A stretch of DNA of 60,610 bases, counting the filler. It is 9 parts of 9 records of this genome, joined end to end, with 100 filler letters (N's around TTAATTAATTAA, not from the genome) between each part and the next. Parts side by side here need not be neighbours in the genome. Positions count along the whole stretch, not along the records: positions 49,480 to 55,253 come from SRR2962707_3145; positions 55,354 to 60,610 come from SRR2962707_3148; 7 more parts are not named here. One strand, written 5' to 3'. Numbering within the stretch: position 1 is the stretch's first letter; every line of letters starts with the position of its first letter. Below, piece by piece: positions 51,106 through 60,584 of the stretch. The notes under the pieces are model-generated. The model searched no databases. It worked only from the letters and a program-made list of their open reading frames with translations, and was not told the origin of the DNA. The position numbers and the translations under genes are program-made.

Positions 51106-51698
51106 CCGCGGCGAAGGGAAACCGCGAAAACCAGAAGCGGCGGACCCGCAAGGATCTGTTGCAGGCCGCCGCCCGGCTGATGAAGGAAGGCCGCAAGCCA
51201 AGCCTCGAAGAGATCGCGGAAGAGGCGCTCGTGTCGCGCGCGACGGCGTACCGCTACTTCCCGAATGTGGAGGCGCTGCTGATCGAGGCGCCGCTCGATC
51301 TCGCTCTGCCGGACGAGGATGAGATGTTCCGCGACGCGCCGGCCGCCGACCCCGTTGCGCGCATGGAGCGCGTGGACAGGGCCTTCCACGACATGATCCT
51401 CGAAAACGAAACGCCGCTGCGCCTCATGCTGGCGAAAGCGATGGAGCGCCGCGCGGCGGGCGACGACGGCCTCCCCGCCCGCCAGAACCGCCGCACGCCG
51501 ATGATCGAGGCGGCGCTGGCGCCCGCGCGAGCCGAGTTCACCCGCGCCTCGCTCGACAAATTGCAGAAGGCTCTCGCCCTCGTCATCGGCACGGAAGCGA
51601 TGATCGTTTTCAAGGATGTGCTGCAACTGGACGAGAAAGAGGCCCGCGACGTGAAACGCTGGGCCATCCGCGCGCTGGTCGATGCGGCGAGGAGGTGA
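51102..51698 (+). CDS. TetR/AcrR family regulator
   Basis: LEEIAEEALVSRATAYRYFP HTH; ATGA overlap with snoaL. Confidence 0.92.
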   Translation: MTAAKGNRENQKRRTRKDLLQAAARLMKEGRKPSLEEIAEEALVSRATAYRYFPNVEALLIEAPLDLALPDEDEMFRDAPAADPVARMERVDRAFHDMILENETPLRLMLAKAMERRAAGDDGLPARQNRRTPMIEAALAPARAEFTRASLDKLQKALALVIGTEAMIVFKDVLQLDEKEARDVKRWAIRALVDAARR

Positions 51699-51798
51699 CT
51701 CTCTAACCCAAGCGCATCAGCAAAAACCAACCCACAAAAAGTCCCGACTCACCTTAGAATACCAAAGCTTCTTCATAGAGAGTTGTCTTTGAACTTGT

Positions 51799-52398
51799 AT
51801 GGCCTGCAACGGGAATAACCATCCGCCCGATTGCAATTGTGAGTTTCGAGGCGGATCAAGAAAACCCGGTCGTCCACGATTGCGCGACTGGGGAACACGT
51901 GTTGCTCGCATATTTTCAAAAAGACCAAATGCAACCTGCCGCAAATGCGGTGCCCGCTGCTGGTACGTTCCGTGCGGCAAGGGGGGGTTCTACTCCGATG
52001 ACCCCGGCCCTCCTTGGCGGAAGCATCCGTGTATGGATGAATCTCTGCGCTACTCTCCTTTTAATGCAAATGGATCCCCTAAGCTGAGAAACCGAAAGTC
52101 ATCTTTCGAGCGCGGCGGATGGCTCCCCTTCATTGTTAGACATGTAGAAGTCTTCCCGAAAGGTATCCTCATAAGAGGTGTAGCATTAGACGACAAAACG
52201 CTGCACAACTTTGGGACGTTGGAATCACTAAGCATAGACAGGACACGTCCTATTTACTTCCGTCACAATCCTAGCAACACAGAAAAAATTGATTTCAGTT
52301 ACTTCGCAAATAATGCAATCGAACCCACGCTTTCATCTTTGCTAGACAACTGCGCGAATGAAATTGAGTTAGCGATAAAGACGAAATCTGACAGATAG
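51799..52398 (+). CDS. Hypothetical Cys/His-rich (putative Zn-binding) protein, low GC
   Basis: C-x4-H-x3-C-x-C at the N-terminus; PNATCRKCG...DDPGPPWRKHPC. Confidence 0.75.
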   Translation: MACNGNNHPPDCNCEFRGGSRKPGRPRLRDWGTRVARIFSKRPNATCRKCGARCWYVPCGKGGFYSDDPGPPWRKHPCMDESLRYSPFNANGSPKLRNRKSSFERGGWLPFIVRHVEVFPKGILIRGVALDDKTLHNFGTLESLSIDRTRPIYFRHNPSNTEKIDFSYFANNAIEPTLSSLLDNCANEIELAIKTKSDR

Positions 52399-52408
52399 AA
52401 ACCGCGGA

Positions 52409-53293
52409 ATGATCAAGTCAGGAACAATCGTTCGCGCATTCTCACCAGCAGGCACTTATTGGCGAAGTAATTTTGTCTGCGATAGTGCCGCATATGTGAA
52501 CGAAGGCGACCTAATCTTCAGCGCCTGCCACTTCGATGAGGACACGCTACCGGACAACACTGGATGGCGCGGTGAGTTTTACGAACCGACCGTGGAAGAG
52601 TTATGCCTCTTGGCATCGCTTTCCTTACCCATCGGGTATACGGACGGCATACTCCAAATTTATCCTCTACGCACTTCTTACCGGTTGCCGGAAAAGCTGT
52701 CTTTTTCTGAAAAGGAAGCGATTGCAGAAATCAGCAATCAAATAAGAAAGGACCCTCGCTTCAACACAAGAGCATCGTGGCGGAACGACATCCCTCCACC
52801 TGTGTTTGGCGGCTGCGAATACAGCTATCGTCACGCCCCTCCGCCACAGGAAATACAGAACCGCATTTTTGCGCGAATAGATTCTGCGGACAGCCTATTA
52901 ATGCGTGGTATCGGAGCCTTTATCCAAGGAGGCATGTTGAGTTGTCACGGTTCGCTATTTAGCGCTGCCCACTATGCTCTTTACATCAGCCTTGACGCAT
53001 CGTTCGAGTTAGTGAGACGAGAAATGGTGAACAGCGGATTCCTCAATCCCTCCGCCGTCGAAGTTGGAGACTATTTTGCGAGGGCTGTTGGAGATTCTCC
53101 AACAGGTCAACCATACTTCTCCGACTATTATGAAGACCGTATCCGAACCTTCCACACAGCAAGCCGGTTTGGTGCCTCTCCACATCTCCCATTGGGTCAC
53201 AGTGATTTCTTCCTGCTCTATTATGCGCTCCGCGAGGTCTACCGCTTCATCATACTGGCCGAGAGAGTCGATTTGGCTGACGCTAGCGACTGA
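52409..53293 (+). CDS. Hypothetical protein with C-terminal HEPN-like RxxxxH motif, low GC
   Basis: 294-aa ORF 10 nt after the previous gene; helical C-terminal half with LYISLDASF and YYEDRIRTFH. Confidence 0.7.
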   Translation: MIKSGTIVRAFSPAGTYWRSNFVCDSAAYVNEGDLIFSACHFDEDTLPDNTGWRGEFYEPTVEELCLLASLSLPIGYTDGILQIYPLRTSYRLPEKLSFSEKEAIAEISNQIRKDPRFNTRASWRNDIPPPVFGGCEYSYRHAPPPQEIQNRIFARIDSADSLLMRGIGAFIQGGMLSCHGSLFSAAHYALYISLDASFELVRREMVNSGFLNPSAVEVGDYFARAVGDSPTGQPYFSDYYEDRIRTFHTASRFGASPHLPLGHSDFFLLYYALREVYRFIILAERVDLADASD

Positions 53294-53445
53294 ACCAAAG
53301 ACCAAATAAAATCAGGTATAGGAAACTCTAACCTCCATATACCTTGCTTTCTTTGGCAGAAAACGCGCGTTACCTGTCCTTTCCGCCTGAGCCGTGCGGC
53401 GCGAGGATGCGGGGCATCGTTCGACACGAGCCCCGGAGCCTCGCC

Positions 53446-54558
53446 ATGCGCACTCAGAACATCGCCATTCCTCTCGCCTTCTTCCTGCTGATCGGCCTGA
53501 TGATCGCCGCGACGGCGGTGGGGGCGGAGACGCTCGATGCCGCGCCTGTCGAACCGAAGCCGGGACGCGAGCGCGTCGTTGTTGCCGTGACCGCACTGAA
53601 CGAGGGAACGGAGGTGACGGATTTTCTCGTGCCTTACGGCATTCTCTCCGAAGCGGGCGCGGAGGCTGTCGCCGTTGCGCCGGAGGCGGCGCCCGTGTCG
53701 CTCTGGCCGGCGGGGCGCATTCTTCCCGATGCGGACTTCGCGGGCTTCGACGCCGCCTACCCAGATGGCGCGAACATCGTGATCGTGCCAGCCATGATCG
53801 ACCCGGAAGACGAAGCGATGCGCGGCTGGCTCAAGGCGCAGGCCGCGAAGGGCGCGATCATGGTGTCGATTTGCGAGGGCGCGCGCGTACTGGCAGGCAC
53901 CGGGCTGCTCGACGGACACCGCGCGACCGGACATTTCTACGAACATGACGGCCGCGAAGACGATTTCGAAGCGGTTGAGTGGGAGCGGAACGCCCGCTAT
54001 GTCGTGGACGGCGACAGGATTTCATCCGCCGGGGTCAGCGCCTCGCTGCCCGTCTCGCTGATGCTCGCGGAGCGGATCGCCGGACGCGAGCGCGCGGAAG
54101 AAATTGCCGCGCGCTACGGCGTGGCGGACTGGGGCACCGCCCACAACAGCGACGCCTTCGGCATCGGCATGAGCGAGATGGCAACGGCGCTTAAGAACCT
54201 GATCCTCGGCTGGCCGCGCGCGGACATCCTCGTCGTGGCGGAAGACGGCGTGAGCGAGGTCGACGTCGCCTTCCCGCTCGACTTCGCGGCGCGAAGCTGG
54301 CGGAGCAGCGCCGGGCTTTTCGCAAGCGAGCCGGAAGTAACGACGCGGAACGGGCTGACCCTGCTCGCGGACGAGACGGGAACGCCGCCCGGCGGCGCGC
54401 TTGTTGTCCGCCTGCCCGGCGGCGAAGGCGAAGCAGATGTGACGCTCGGCAGTTCCGCGACGCTGCGCGAGGACATGCTCGCCTGGATCGAAACCCGCTT
54501 CGGCGGGGGCACGGCGCGCTTCGTCGCGATCCAGCTCGAATATCCGGCGGCAAACTGA
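53446..54558 (+). CDS. DJ-1/PfpI family protein, exported, tandem-domain
   Basis: Signal peptide; GTEVTDF, IVIVPA, SICEGA (nucleophile Cys), ATGHF, SSAGVSAS; second degenerate DJ-1 domain (DGVSEVD..TRNGLTL). Confidence 0.85.
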   Translation: MRTQNIAIPLAFFLLIGLMIAATAVGAETLDAAPVEPKPGRERVVVAVTALNEGTEVTDFLVPYGILSEAGAEAVAVAPEAAPVSLWPAGRILPDADFAGFDAAYPDGANIVIVPAMIDPEDEAMRGWLKAQAAKGAIMVSICEGARVLAGTGLLDGHRATGHFYEHDGREDDFEAVEWERNARYVVDGDRISSAGVSASLPVSLMLAERIAGRERAEEIAARYGVADWGTAHNSDAFGIGMSEMATALKNLILGWPRADILVVAEDGVSEVDVAFPLDFAARSWRSSAGLFASEPEVTTRNGLTLLADETGTPPGGALVVRLPGGEGEADVTLGSSATLREDMLAWIETRFGGGTARFVAIQLEYPAAN

Positions 54559-54605
54559 GCCGCAAAGAGCCATTTTCCGCAGGAAACCGCCGAATTCTGC
54601 GTGCC

Positions 54606-54633
54606 CTTGTTTTTCCGGTCAGGCACCCCATAT
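54606..54633 (+). promoter_or_regulatory. RpoH (sigma32)-like promoter
   Basis: CTTGTT-14 nt-CCCCATAT. Confidence 0.6.
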
Positions 54634-54640
54634 CTCTATC

Positions 54641-54799
54641 ACCGAGGCATGTTCCAGCGCGCAACGCGCGGCAGGAGCGGCCACCCGGCTCAAGGCCGGG
54701 CCCGAAAGGGCGGTAATTCATTTCGGCGCCCGACCACGGATGTAATGGCGATGCAGTCGAAATGATTGGGACAAGGCCGGGAGACTCCCGGCCTTTTTT
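54641..54799 (+). ncRNA. Candidate ~160-nt structured small RNA
   Basis: Own promoter, consecutive hairpins (GCGCG/CGCGC, CCCGGC/GCCGGG, CCC-GAAA-GGG, TCATTTCGGC/GTCGAAATGA), U-tailed terminator, no credible ORF. Confidence 0.6.
54773..54799 (+). terminator. Intrinsic terminator
   Basis: AAGGCCGGGA-gac-TCCCGGCCTTTTTT. Confidence 0.85.
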
Positions 54800-54864
54800 C
54801 ATTTCTGGCTCCCCGCGCGGGATTTGGCGTGGCGCGCCGCCCCGACACGGAAAGGAGCGACCTC

Positions 54865-55125
54865 ATGTCCGCACGAAAAAAGGCCCTCTTCAAGGATACG
54901 CCGACGCAGGTCCGCGCCACCAAGGCCGACAAGACGACGGAAATCGCCATGCAGATTGCCGAAAAGGAAGCAAGCGACCGCGCCACCAAGACGGAAAAGC
55001 TGAAAGCGCTCCGCCTTGAGAGAGAAGCCGTCGAGGCGGCCGAAGCGAAGAAGGCCGAGGCCGCAAAGAAAAAGACCGCCACGCCGAAAAAGAAGGCCCG
55101 GGCGAAAGTACCCGAACCCGCCTGA
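54865..55125 (+). CDS. Small basic Lys/Ala-rich hypothetical protein (86 aa)
   Basis: AAGGAG RBS; KTEKLKALRL motif seen in small alphaproteobacterial proteins. Confidence 0.75.
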   Translation: MSARKKALFKDTPTQVRATKADKTTEIAMQIAEKEASDRATKTEKLKALRLEREAVEAAEAKKAEAAKKKTATPKKKARAKVPEPA

Positions 55126-55145
55126 ACGCAGAGCAGCGGAAAAGC

Positions 55146-55176
55146 AAAAGCCCGGATCTTTCGATCCGGGCTTTTT
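55146..55176. terminator. Bidirectional terminator
   Basis: AAAAGCCCGGATC-tttc-GATCCGGGCTTTTT. Confidence 0.88.
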
Positions 55177-55195
55177 GTTTGAGCCGCGCGGCGCC

Positions 55196-55252
55196 TCAGT
55201 TGTCGAGGAAGGAACGCAGCTTCCGCGAGCGCGACGGATGCTTGAGCTTGCG
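55196..55252 (-). CDS. rpoD: RNA polymerase sigma factor RpoD, C-terminal fragment
   Basis: RKLKHPSRSRKLRSFLDN* is the sigma70 C-terminus. Confidence 0.93.
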   Translation of the reverse strand, partial: RKLKHPSRSRKLRSFLDN

Positions 55253-55253
55253 C

Positions 55254-55353
55254 NNNNNNNNNNNNNNNNNNNNNNNNNNNNNNNNNNNNNNNNNNNNTTA
55301 ATTAATTAANNNNNNNNNNNNNNNNNNNNNNNNNNNNNNNNNNNNNNNNNNNN
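55254..55353. other. Artificial contig linker
   Basis: N44-TTAATTAATTAA-N44. Confidence 0.99.
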
Positions 55354-55362
55354 GAGTTTTTC

Positions 55363-57351
55363 ATGTCATCGGATGCACAATCCTTGGAAATGAGAATGGC
55401 GAATGCCATCCGCTTTTTAGCAGCCGATGCGGTACAGGCCGCAAAATCGGGCCACCCCGGTATGCCGATGGGCATGGCCGATGCGGCGACGGTGCTTTTT
55501 ACCAAGCATCTGAAATTTGACGCTGCAAACCCTGATTGGCCGGACCGGGACCGGTTCATTCTGTCGGCCGGTCATGGGTCGATGCTGATCTATTCGCTTT
55601 TGCATCTGACCGGCTATGAAGACATGACGATGGATGAACTCCGTAATTTCCGCCAACTGGGCGCGAAGACGGCCGGACATCCGGAATACGGTCATGCCAA
55701 GGGGATTGAAACAACGACCGGGCCGCTGGGGCAGGGTATTGCCAACGCGGTCGGTATGGCCCTTGCAGAGCGCATGATGAATGCCCGCTATGGGGACGAT
55801 CTCGTAGATCACTACACTTATGCCATCGTCGGTGACGGCTGCCTTATGGAAGGGATCAGTCACGAAGCGATTTCCATGGCCGGGCACCTGGGCCTTTCAA
55901 AGCTGATCGTTCTTTTTGACGACAACGGCATCTCGATTGACGGCAGTACCAACATGGCCGTTTCCGATAACCAGCAGGCACGTTTCGAAGCATCGAACTG
56001 GCATGTTCAGTCGGTCGACGGCCACGACCATGCAGCAATTGCGAAGGCGATCGAAAATGCAAAGGCAAGCGACAAGCCGTCGATGATTGCTTGCAAGACG
56101 ACCATCGGTTTCGGTGCACCGACCAAGGCTGGGACGGCATCAACCCACGGCGCGCCGCTTGGCGATGACGAAATCGCCGGTGCCCGCGAAGCCCTTGGCT
56201 GGGAAGCCGGTCCGTTTGAAGTTCCCTCGGATGTTCTCGACAACTGGCGTGCTGCCGGTAGCCGTGGCAGCTCGATAAGAGAATCCTGGGAAGCCCGTCT
56301 GGAAGCCTCGGACAAGGCGGAAGAATTCAACCGCACCATTGACGGGACCTTACCTGCCGGCGTCTCGGAGGCGGTCATCGCACACAAGAAGCGCGTTTCC
56401 GAGGAACAGCCGAAGTGGGCGACGCGCGTTGCATCCGGGGAGTCCCTGAATGTTCTGACGCCGGTTATTAAGGAACTGGTTTCAGGGTCCGCCGATCTGA
56501 CCGGTTCAAACAATACCAAAACACCGGATACGGACTCGCTGACCCCGGATAATTTTGCCGGTCGTTATATCCATTACGGTGTGCGGGAGCATGGTATGGC
56601 TGCGGCCATGAACGGCATAGCACTGCACGGCGGACTGATCCCGACCAGTGGGACGTTTCTTGTGTTCGCCGATTATATGCGTGGCGCCATGAGGCTGTCG
56701 GCGCTGATGGGCAAGCGCGTGCTCTATGTGCTGACGCATGACAGCATCGGGCTTGGCGAGGATGGCCCGACCCACCAGCCGGTTGAAACACTCTCCATGC
56801 TGCGGGGAACACCAAACTTCATGATGTTCCGCCCTTGTGATGGTGTTGAGGCGGTGGAATGTTGGCAGGTGGCTCTGGAAAACGCCAACGGCCCCTCTGG
56901 CTTTGCCCTGTCGCGTCAGGGGGTGCCGACACTGCGGACGGCGCACACCAATGAAAATCTGTCCGCGAAGGGTGGTTACGTGCTCGAAGATGCCATAGCA
57001 TCGGATCGCAAGGTTACGCTTTTGGCGACAGGTTCCGAGGTTCACCTTGCGACTGCCGCACGCGAGGTGCTGGAAGCAGACGGCATCGGGACGGCGGTGG
57101 TTTCCATGCCATGCTGGGAATTATTCGATCAGCAGAGCAAGGATTATCGGGATGCGGTCCTGGGCGAAGGTTCCGTCCGTGTCGCGGTTGAAGCCGCCGT
57201 GCGTCACGGTTGGGATAAGTACATCGGTCCCGAAGGGGGCTTTGTTGGGATGGACGGGTTTGGTGCATCAGCACCTGCAGGTGACCTGTACAAGCATTTT
57301 GGCATTACCGCCGAGGCAGTTGTCGCCGCGGCCAGGGAAAGACTGGTCTGA
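55363..57351 (+). CDS. tkt: Transketolase
   Basis: [40 protein letters not shown]. Confidence 0.98.
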   Translation: MSSDAQSLEMRMANAIRFLAADAVQAAKSGHPGMPMGMADAATVLFTKHLKFDAANPDWPDRDRFILSAGHGSMLIYSLLHLTGYEDMTMDELRNFRQLGAKTAGHPEYGHAKGIETTTGPLGQGIANAVGMALAERMMNARYGDDLVDHYTYAIVGDGCLMEGISHEAISMAGHLGLSKLIVLFDDNGISIDGSTNMAVSDNQQARFEASNWHVQSVDGHDHAAIAKAIENAKASDKPSMIACKTTIGFGAPTKAGTASTHGAPLGDDEIAGAREALGWEAGPFEVPSDVLDNWRAAGSRGSSIRESWEARLEASDKAEEFNRTIDGTLPAGVSEAVIAHKKRVSEEQPKWATRVASGESLNVLTPVIKELVSGSADLTGSNNTKTPDTDSLTPDNFAGRYIHYGVREHGMAAAMNGIALHGGLIPTSGTFLVFADYMRGAMRLSALMGKRVLYVLTHDSIGLGEDGPTHQPVETLSMLRGTPNFMMFRPCDGVEAVECWQVALENANGPSGFALSRQGVPTLRTAHTNENLSAKGGYVLEDAIASDRKVTLLATGSEVHLATAAREVLEADGIGTAVVSMPCWELFDQQSKDYRDAVLGEGSVRVAVEAAVRHGWDKYIGPEGGFVGMDGFGASAPAGDLYKHFGITAEAVVAAARERLV

Positions 57352-57390
57352 CCGGTTGCCCGGTTAGACCCATGTTGGAGGGAATATAGA

Positions 57391-58398
57391 ATGAACAAGC
57401 AGGAATTATTTGAAACCGCGGTAGCAATGGTTGCTGATAACAAGGGATTGCTGGCTGCTGATGAAAGCACCGGAACCATGGGCAAACGCCTGGACTCGAT
57501 CGGTGTTGAGAACGTCGAGGAAAAACGCCGCGATTATCGCGAGATGATGTTCCGGTCCAACGGCATCGGCAATTATATCTCCGGCGTGATCCTGTACGAT
57601 GAAACGATCCGCCAGTCGGCAGCCGACGGCACCACGCTGGTTAAAGTCCTGCAGGATGCAGGTGTGATTCCAGGCATCAAGGTTGATGCCGGTGCCAAGG
57701 AACTGCCGGGACGACCGGACGAAAAGATCACCGAAGGACTTGATGGTCTGCCGGGTCGCGTCGCCGAATATTACGGTCTTGGTGCACGCTTCGCGAAGTG
57801 GCGTGCAGTGATCGACATCGCTGACGGTATCCCCAGCCGCTATGCCATTCATACCAATGCGCATGCGTTGGCCCGGTATGCCAAGATCTGTCAGGAAGGC
57901 GGGCTGTGCCCGATCGTCGAACCCGAGGTCCTGATGGATGGTGCCCACGATATCAATCGTTGTCAGGAAGTGACCGAGGAAGTGCTGGAAGCGGTCTACC
58001 GGGAACTGTACCTGCAGGAAGTCTATCTTGAAGGAACGATCCTCAAGCCGAACATGGTCATTGCCGGCAAGAAATGCGCAACACAGGCCGCACCTGAAGA
58101 GGTCGCAGCCAAAACCGTTGAGACTCTGCTGCGTTGTGTCCCGGCGGCGGTCCCGGGAATCATGTTCCTGTCCGGCGGTCAGTCCGAAGAGGACGCCACG
58201 CTGCATCTCGATCTGATGAACGCGGGTGCGGACCTGCCCTGGAAGCTCAGCTTCTCATATGGACGGGCGTTGCAGCAAAGTGCGCTCAGTGCATGGAAGG
58301 GCGATAATGCCAACAGCCCTGCGGCTCAGCAGGCATTCCTTGAACGCGCCAGCGCCAACAGCCGCGCCTGTGCGGGGACTTACTCCAAGGCTGCCTGA
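57391..58398 (+). CDS. Class I fructose-bisphosphate aldolase (eukaryote-like family)
   Basis: GLLAADES, PGIKVD, FAKWR, PIVEPE, LKPNMV (Schiff-base Lys), FLSGGQ, FSYGRALQ. Confidence 0.96.
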   Translation: MNKQELFETAVAMVADNKGLLAADESTGTMGKRLDSIGVENVEEKRRDYREMMFRSNGIGNYISGVILYDETIRQSAADGTTLVKVLQDAGVIPGIKVDAGAKELPGRPDEKITEGLDGLPGRVAEYYGLGARFAKWRAVIDIADGIPSRYAIHTNAHALARYAKICQEGGLCPIVEPEVLMDGAHDINRCQEVTEEVLEAVYRELYLQEVYLEGTILKPNMVIAGKKCATQAAPEEVAAKTVETLLRCVPAAVPGIMFLSGGQSEEDATLHLDLMNAGADLPWKLSFSYGRALQQSALSAWKGDNANSPAAQQAFLERASANSRACAGTYSKAA

Positions 58399-58410
58399 TC
58401 GGAAAAGCAT

Positions 58411-59061
58411 ATGACCAAAATCGCTCCCTCGATCCTGTCTGCGGATTTTGCCCGCTTCGGTGAGGAAATCCGCGCCATCGATGCCGCCGGGTGCGATTAT
58501 GTGCATGTCGACGTCATGGACGGGCATTTTGTCCCGAACATGACGTTCGGCGCGCCGATCATTTCGAAGCTTCGCCCGCACACCCAAAAGCCATTTGATG
58601 TGCATCTGATGATCGATCCGGCTCAGCCGTATCTTGAAGAATACGCCAAGGCCGGTGCCGACATCATCACGGTACATGCTGAAGCCGACAAACACCTGGA
58701 CCGGTCATTACAGGTGATCCGCTCTCTCGGCAAAAAAGCCGGGGTGTCGCTGAACCCGGCGACACCTGAGAGTGTTCTTGCCTACATTCTCGACAAGGTC
58801 GACCTGATCTTAGTGATGAGCGTCAATCCAGGCTTTGGCGGGCAGAGCTTCATTCCCGCCCAACTCGACAAGATCAGACGTATCCGCGAGATGATCGGGG
58901 ACCGGCCGATCGAACTGGAAGTTGATGGGGGTGTCAACGTCGACACCATTGCTGACGTGGTGGCTGCGGGAGCGGACGTTATCGTTGCCGGAAGTGCGGT
59001 CTTTAAAGGGGACGATTACACCAAAACGATCAGCGATTTACGTGCGGCTGCCAAGGCCTGA
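58411..59061 (+). CDS. rpe: Ribulose-phosphate 3-epimerase
   Basis: [37 protein letters not shown]. Confidence 0.98.
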   Translation: MTKIAPSILSADFARFGEEIRAIDAAGCDYVHVDVMDGHFVPNMTFGAPIISKLRPHTQKPFDVHLMIDPAQPYLEEYAKAGADIITVHAEADKHLDRSLQVIRSLGKKAGVSLNPATPESVLAYILDKVDLILVMSVNPGFGGQSFIPAQLDKIRRIREMIGDRPIELEVDGGVNVDTIADVVAAGADVIVAGSAVFKGDDYTKTISDLRAAAKA

Positions 59062-59076
59062 CCTTCGTTTATTGAT

Positions 59077-59988
59077 TCAGCCGGCTGTGCTCATGATTGA
59101 ATAGACGTCGGACGGACGCGTCGCGAGATCGATCAGAAGTTTCAAAGCCACGGAAATCACCATCATTGCCAGCAATCCTCTGAGTTGCTCGCCGTTGAGT
59201 TTTTCACCGATGCGTGCGCCGAGCTGTGCGCCGATGACGCCGCCGACGATCAGCAACAAGGCAAGAATGATGTCCACACTTTGATTGCCAACAGCCTGCA
59301 AGACAGTCACGTTTGCCGTAACGAAGATGATCTGAAACAGCGACGTGCCGATAACAACCACCGTCGGCATCCCGAGGAGATAGATCATTGCCGGCACCAT
59401 CACAAAGCCGCCGCCAACACCCATGATCGCGGACAGGATACCGACAAAGAACCCGACAGCAAGCGGGAGCAGGGCGCTGATATAGAGCCGCGAGCGGCGG
59501 AATTTCATTTTAAAGGGAAGGCCGTGTGTCCAGTTGTGGACGTGGCTTTTCTTGCGTTTCTGAGCTTTTTGCGCCCGCATCGCATTGATGCTCTCGATCA
59601 GCATCAATGTGCCGATAATGCCCAGAAAAACCACGTAGCAGATGTTGACCACGAGATCGACCTGGCCAATGGCTTTCAATGCGGAAAATACCCAAACGCC
59701 GACCGTTGATCCGATAAGGCCGCCGATCAGCAGGACGATGCCGATCTTGATATCGACGTTTCCGCGGCGCCAGTGGGCGAGGACGCCGGAAATGGACGCG
59801 GCAACAATCTGGTTTGCGCCCGTTGCCACGGCAACGGCAGGTGGAATGCCGATAAAAATCAGCAATGGCGTCATCAGGAAACCGCCGCCCACGCCGAAAA
59901 TTCCTGAAAGTGCGCCAATGCCGCCGCCGATGGCCAGCAACAGATAGACGTTGACAGACAACTCGGCGATCGGGAGGTAAATATCCAT
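59077..59988 (-). CDS. TauE/SafE (TSUP) family membrane protein
   Basis: YLPIAE, GVGGGF twice, GTSLFQI. Confidence 0.92.
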   Translation of the reverse strand: MDIYLPIAELSVNVYLLLAIGGGIGALSGIFGVGGGFLMTPLLIFIGIPPAVAVATGANQIVAASISGVLAHWRRGNVDIKIGIVLLIGGLIGSTVGVWVFSALKAIGQVDLVVNICYVVFLGIIGTLMLIESINAMRAQKAQKRKKSHVHNWTHGLPFKMKFRRSRLYISALLPLAVGFFVGILSAIMGVGGGFVMVPAMIYLLGMPTVVVIGTSLFQIIFVTANVTVLQAVGNQSVDIILALLLIVGGVIGAQLGARIGEKLNGEQLRGLLAMMVISVALKLLIDLATRPSDVYSIMSTAG

Positions 59989-60068
59989 AAAAATCCGTAA
60001 CATTGACCTTCGAAGTCACGTACCACATGCCGGACTACAAAGGTCACAACGTCTGCCCAGGGCAGATA

Positions 60069-60584
60069 TCAGGTGATCAGGGCGATCTCTTCTTCGCTTA
60101 AACTGCCGGGGACGATGGTGACCGGCACACGAAGCCGCCCTGCCATTTTTTCGACGAGATAGGAAACCAATGGCCCGGGTCCGTCGGTTCCCGAAGCGGC
60201 ACCAAGTACAAGAAGGGAAATCCCATCTTCTTCTTCGATCAGATTGACCACTTCTTCGCGAAGTTTGCCTTCGCGTATATAAAGTACTGGCATGTGCCCC
60301 ATGCGCTTTTGCACGACCGAAGCGACGACGTTGAGCATTTCCTCCGCTTCTTCACGGGCTTCTTCACGCATCCGCTCACCGACCGCCATCCAGTGAGAGA
60401 ATTCGGCTGGTTCGATCACATACAGGAGTGCGACACGCCCGTTGGAATTATGAGCACGGCGGCAAGCGAATTGTAGCGCAGCAGCGAATTCTTCGGTTTC
60501 ATCGACAACACAAAGAAAAGTACGACCGGTCAGTTTTTTGGCCGGGGTTTCTTCGTTCTGTTCATTTTCAGAGATGTCACTCAT
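60069..60584 (-). CDS. Universal stress protein
   Basis: FLCVVD, LLVLGA..GPGPLV, PVTIVPG; AGGAG RBS. Confidence 0.9.
   Translation of the reverse strand: MSDISENEQNEETPAKKLTGRTFLCVVDETEEFAAALQFACRRAHNSNGRVALLYVIEPAEFSHWMAVGERMREEAREEAEEMLNVVASVVQKRMGHMPVLYIREGKLREEVVNLIEEEDGISLLVLGAASGTDGPGPLVSYLVEKMAGRLRVPVTIVPGSLSEEEIALIT

Noticed and set aside
54695-54703. GCCGGGCCC matching the tRNA 3' end near 49498 as an attR
   Set aside because: Only 9 GC-rich bases, part of the RNA hairpins, and no integrase is present.
55363-59061. Calvin-cycle (cbb) operon
   Set aside because: No RuBisCO, PRK or CbbR on the contig.
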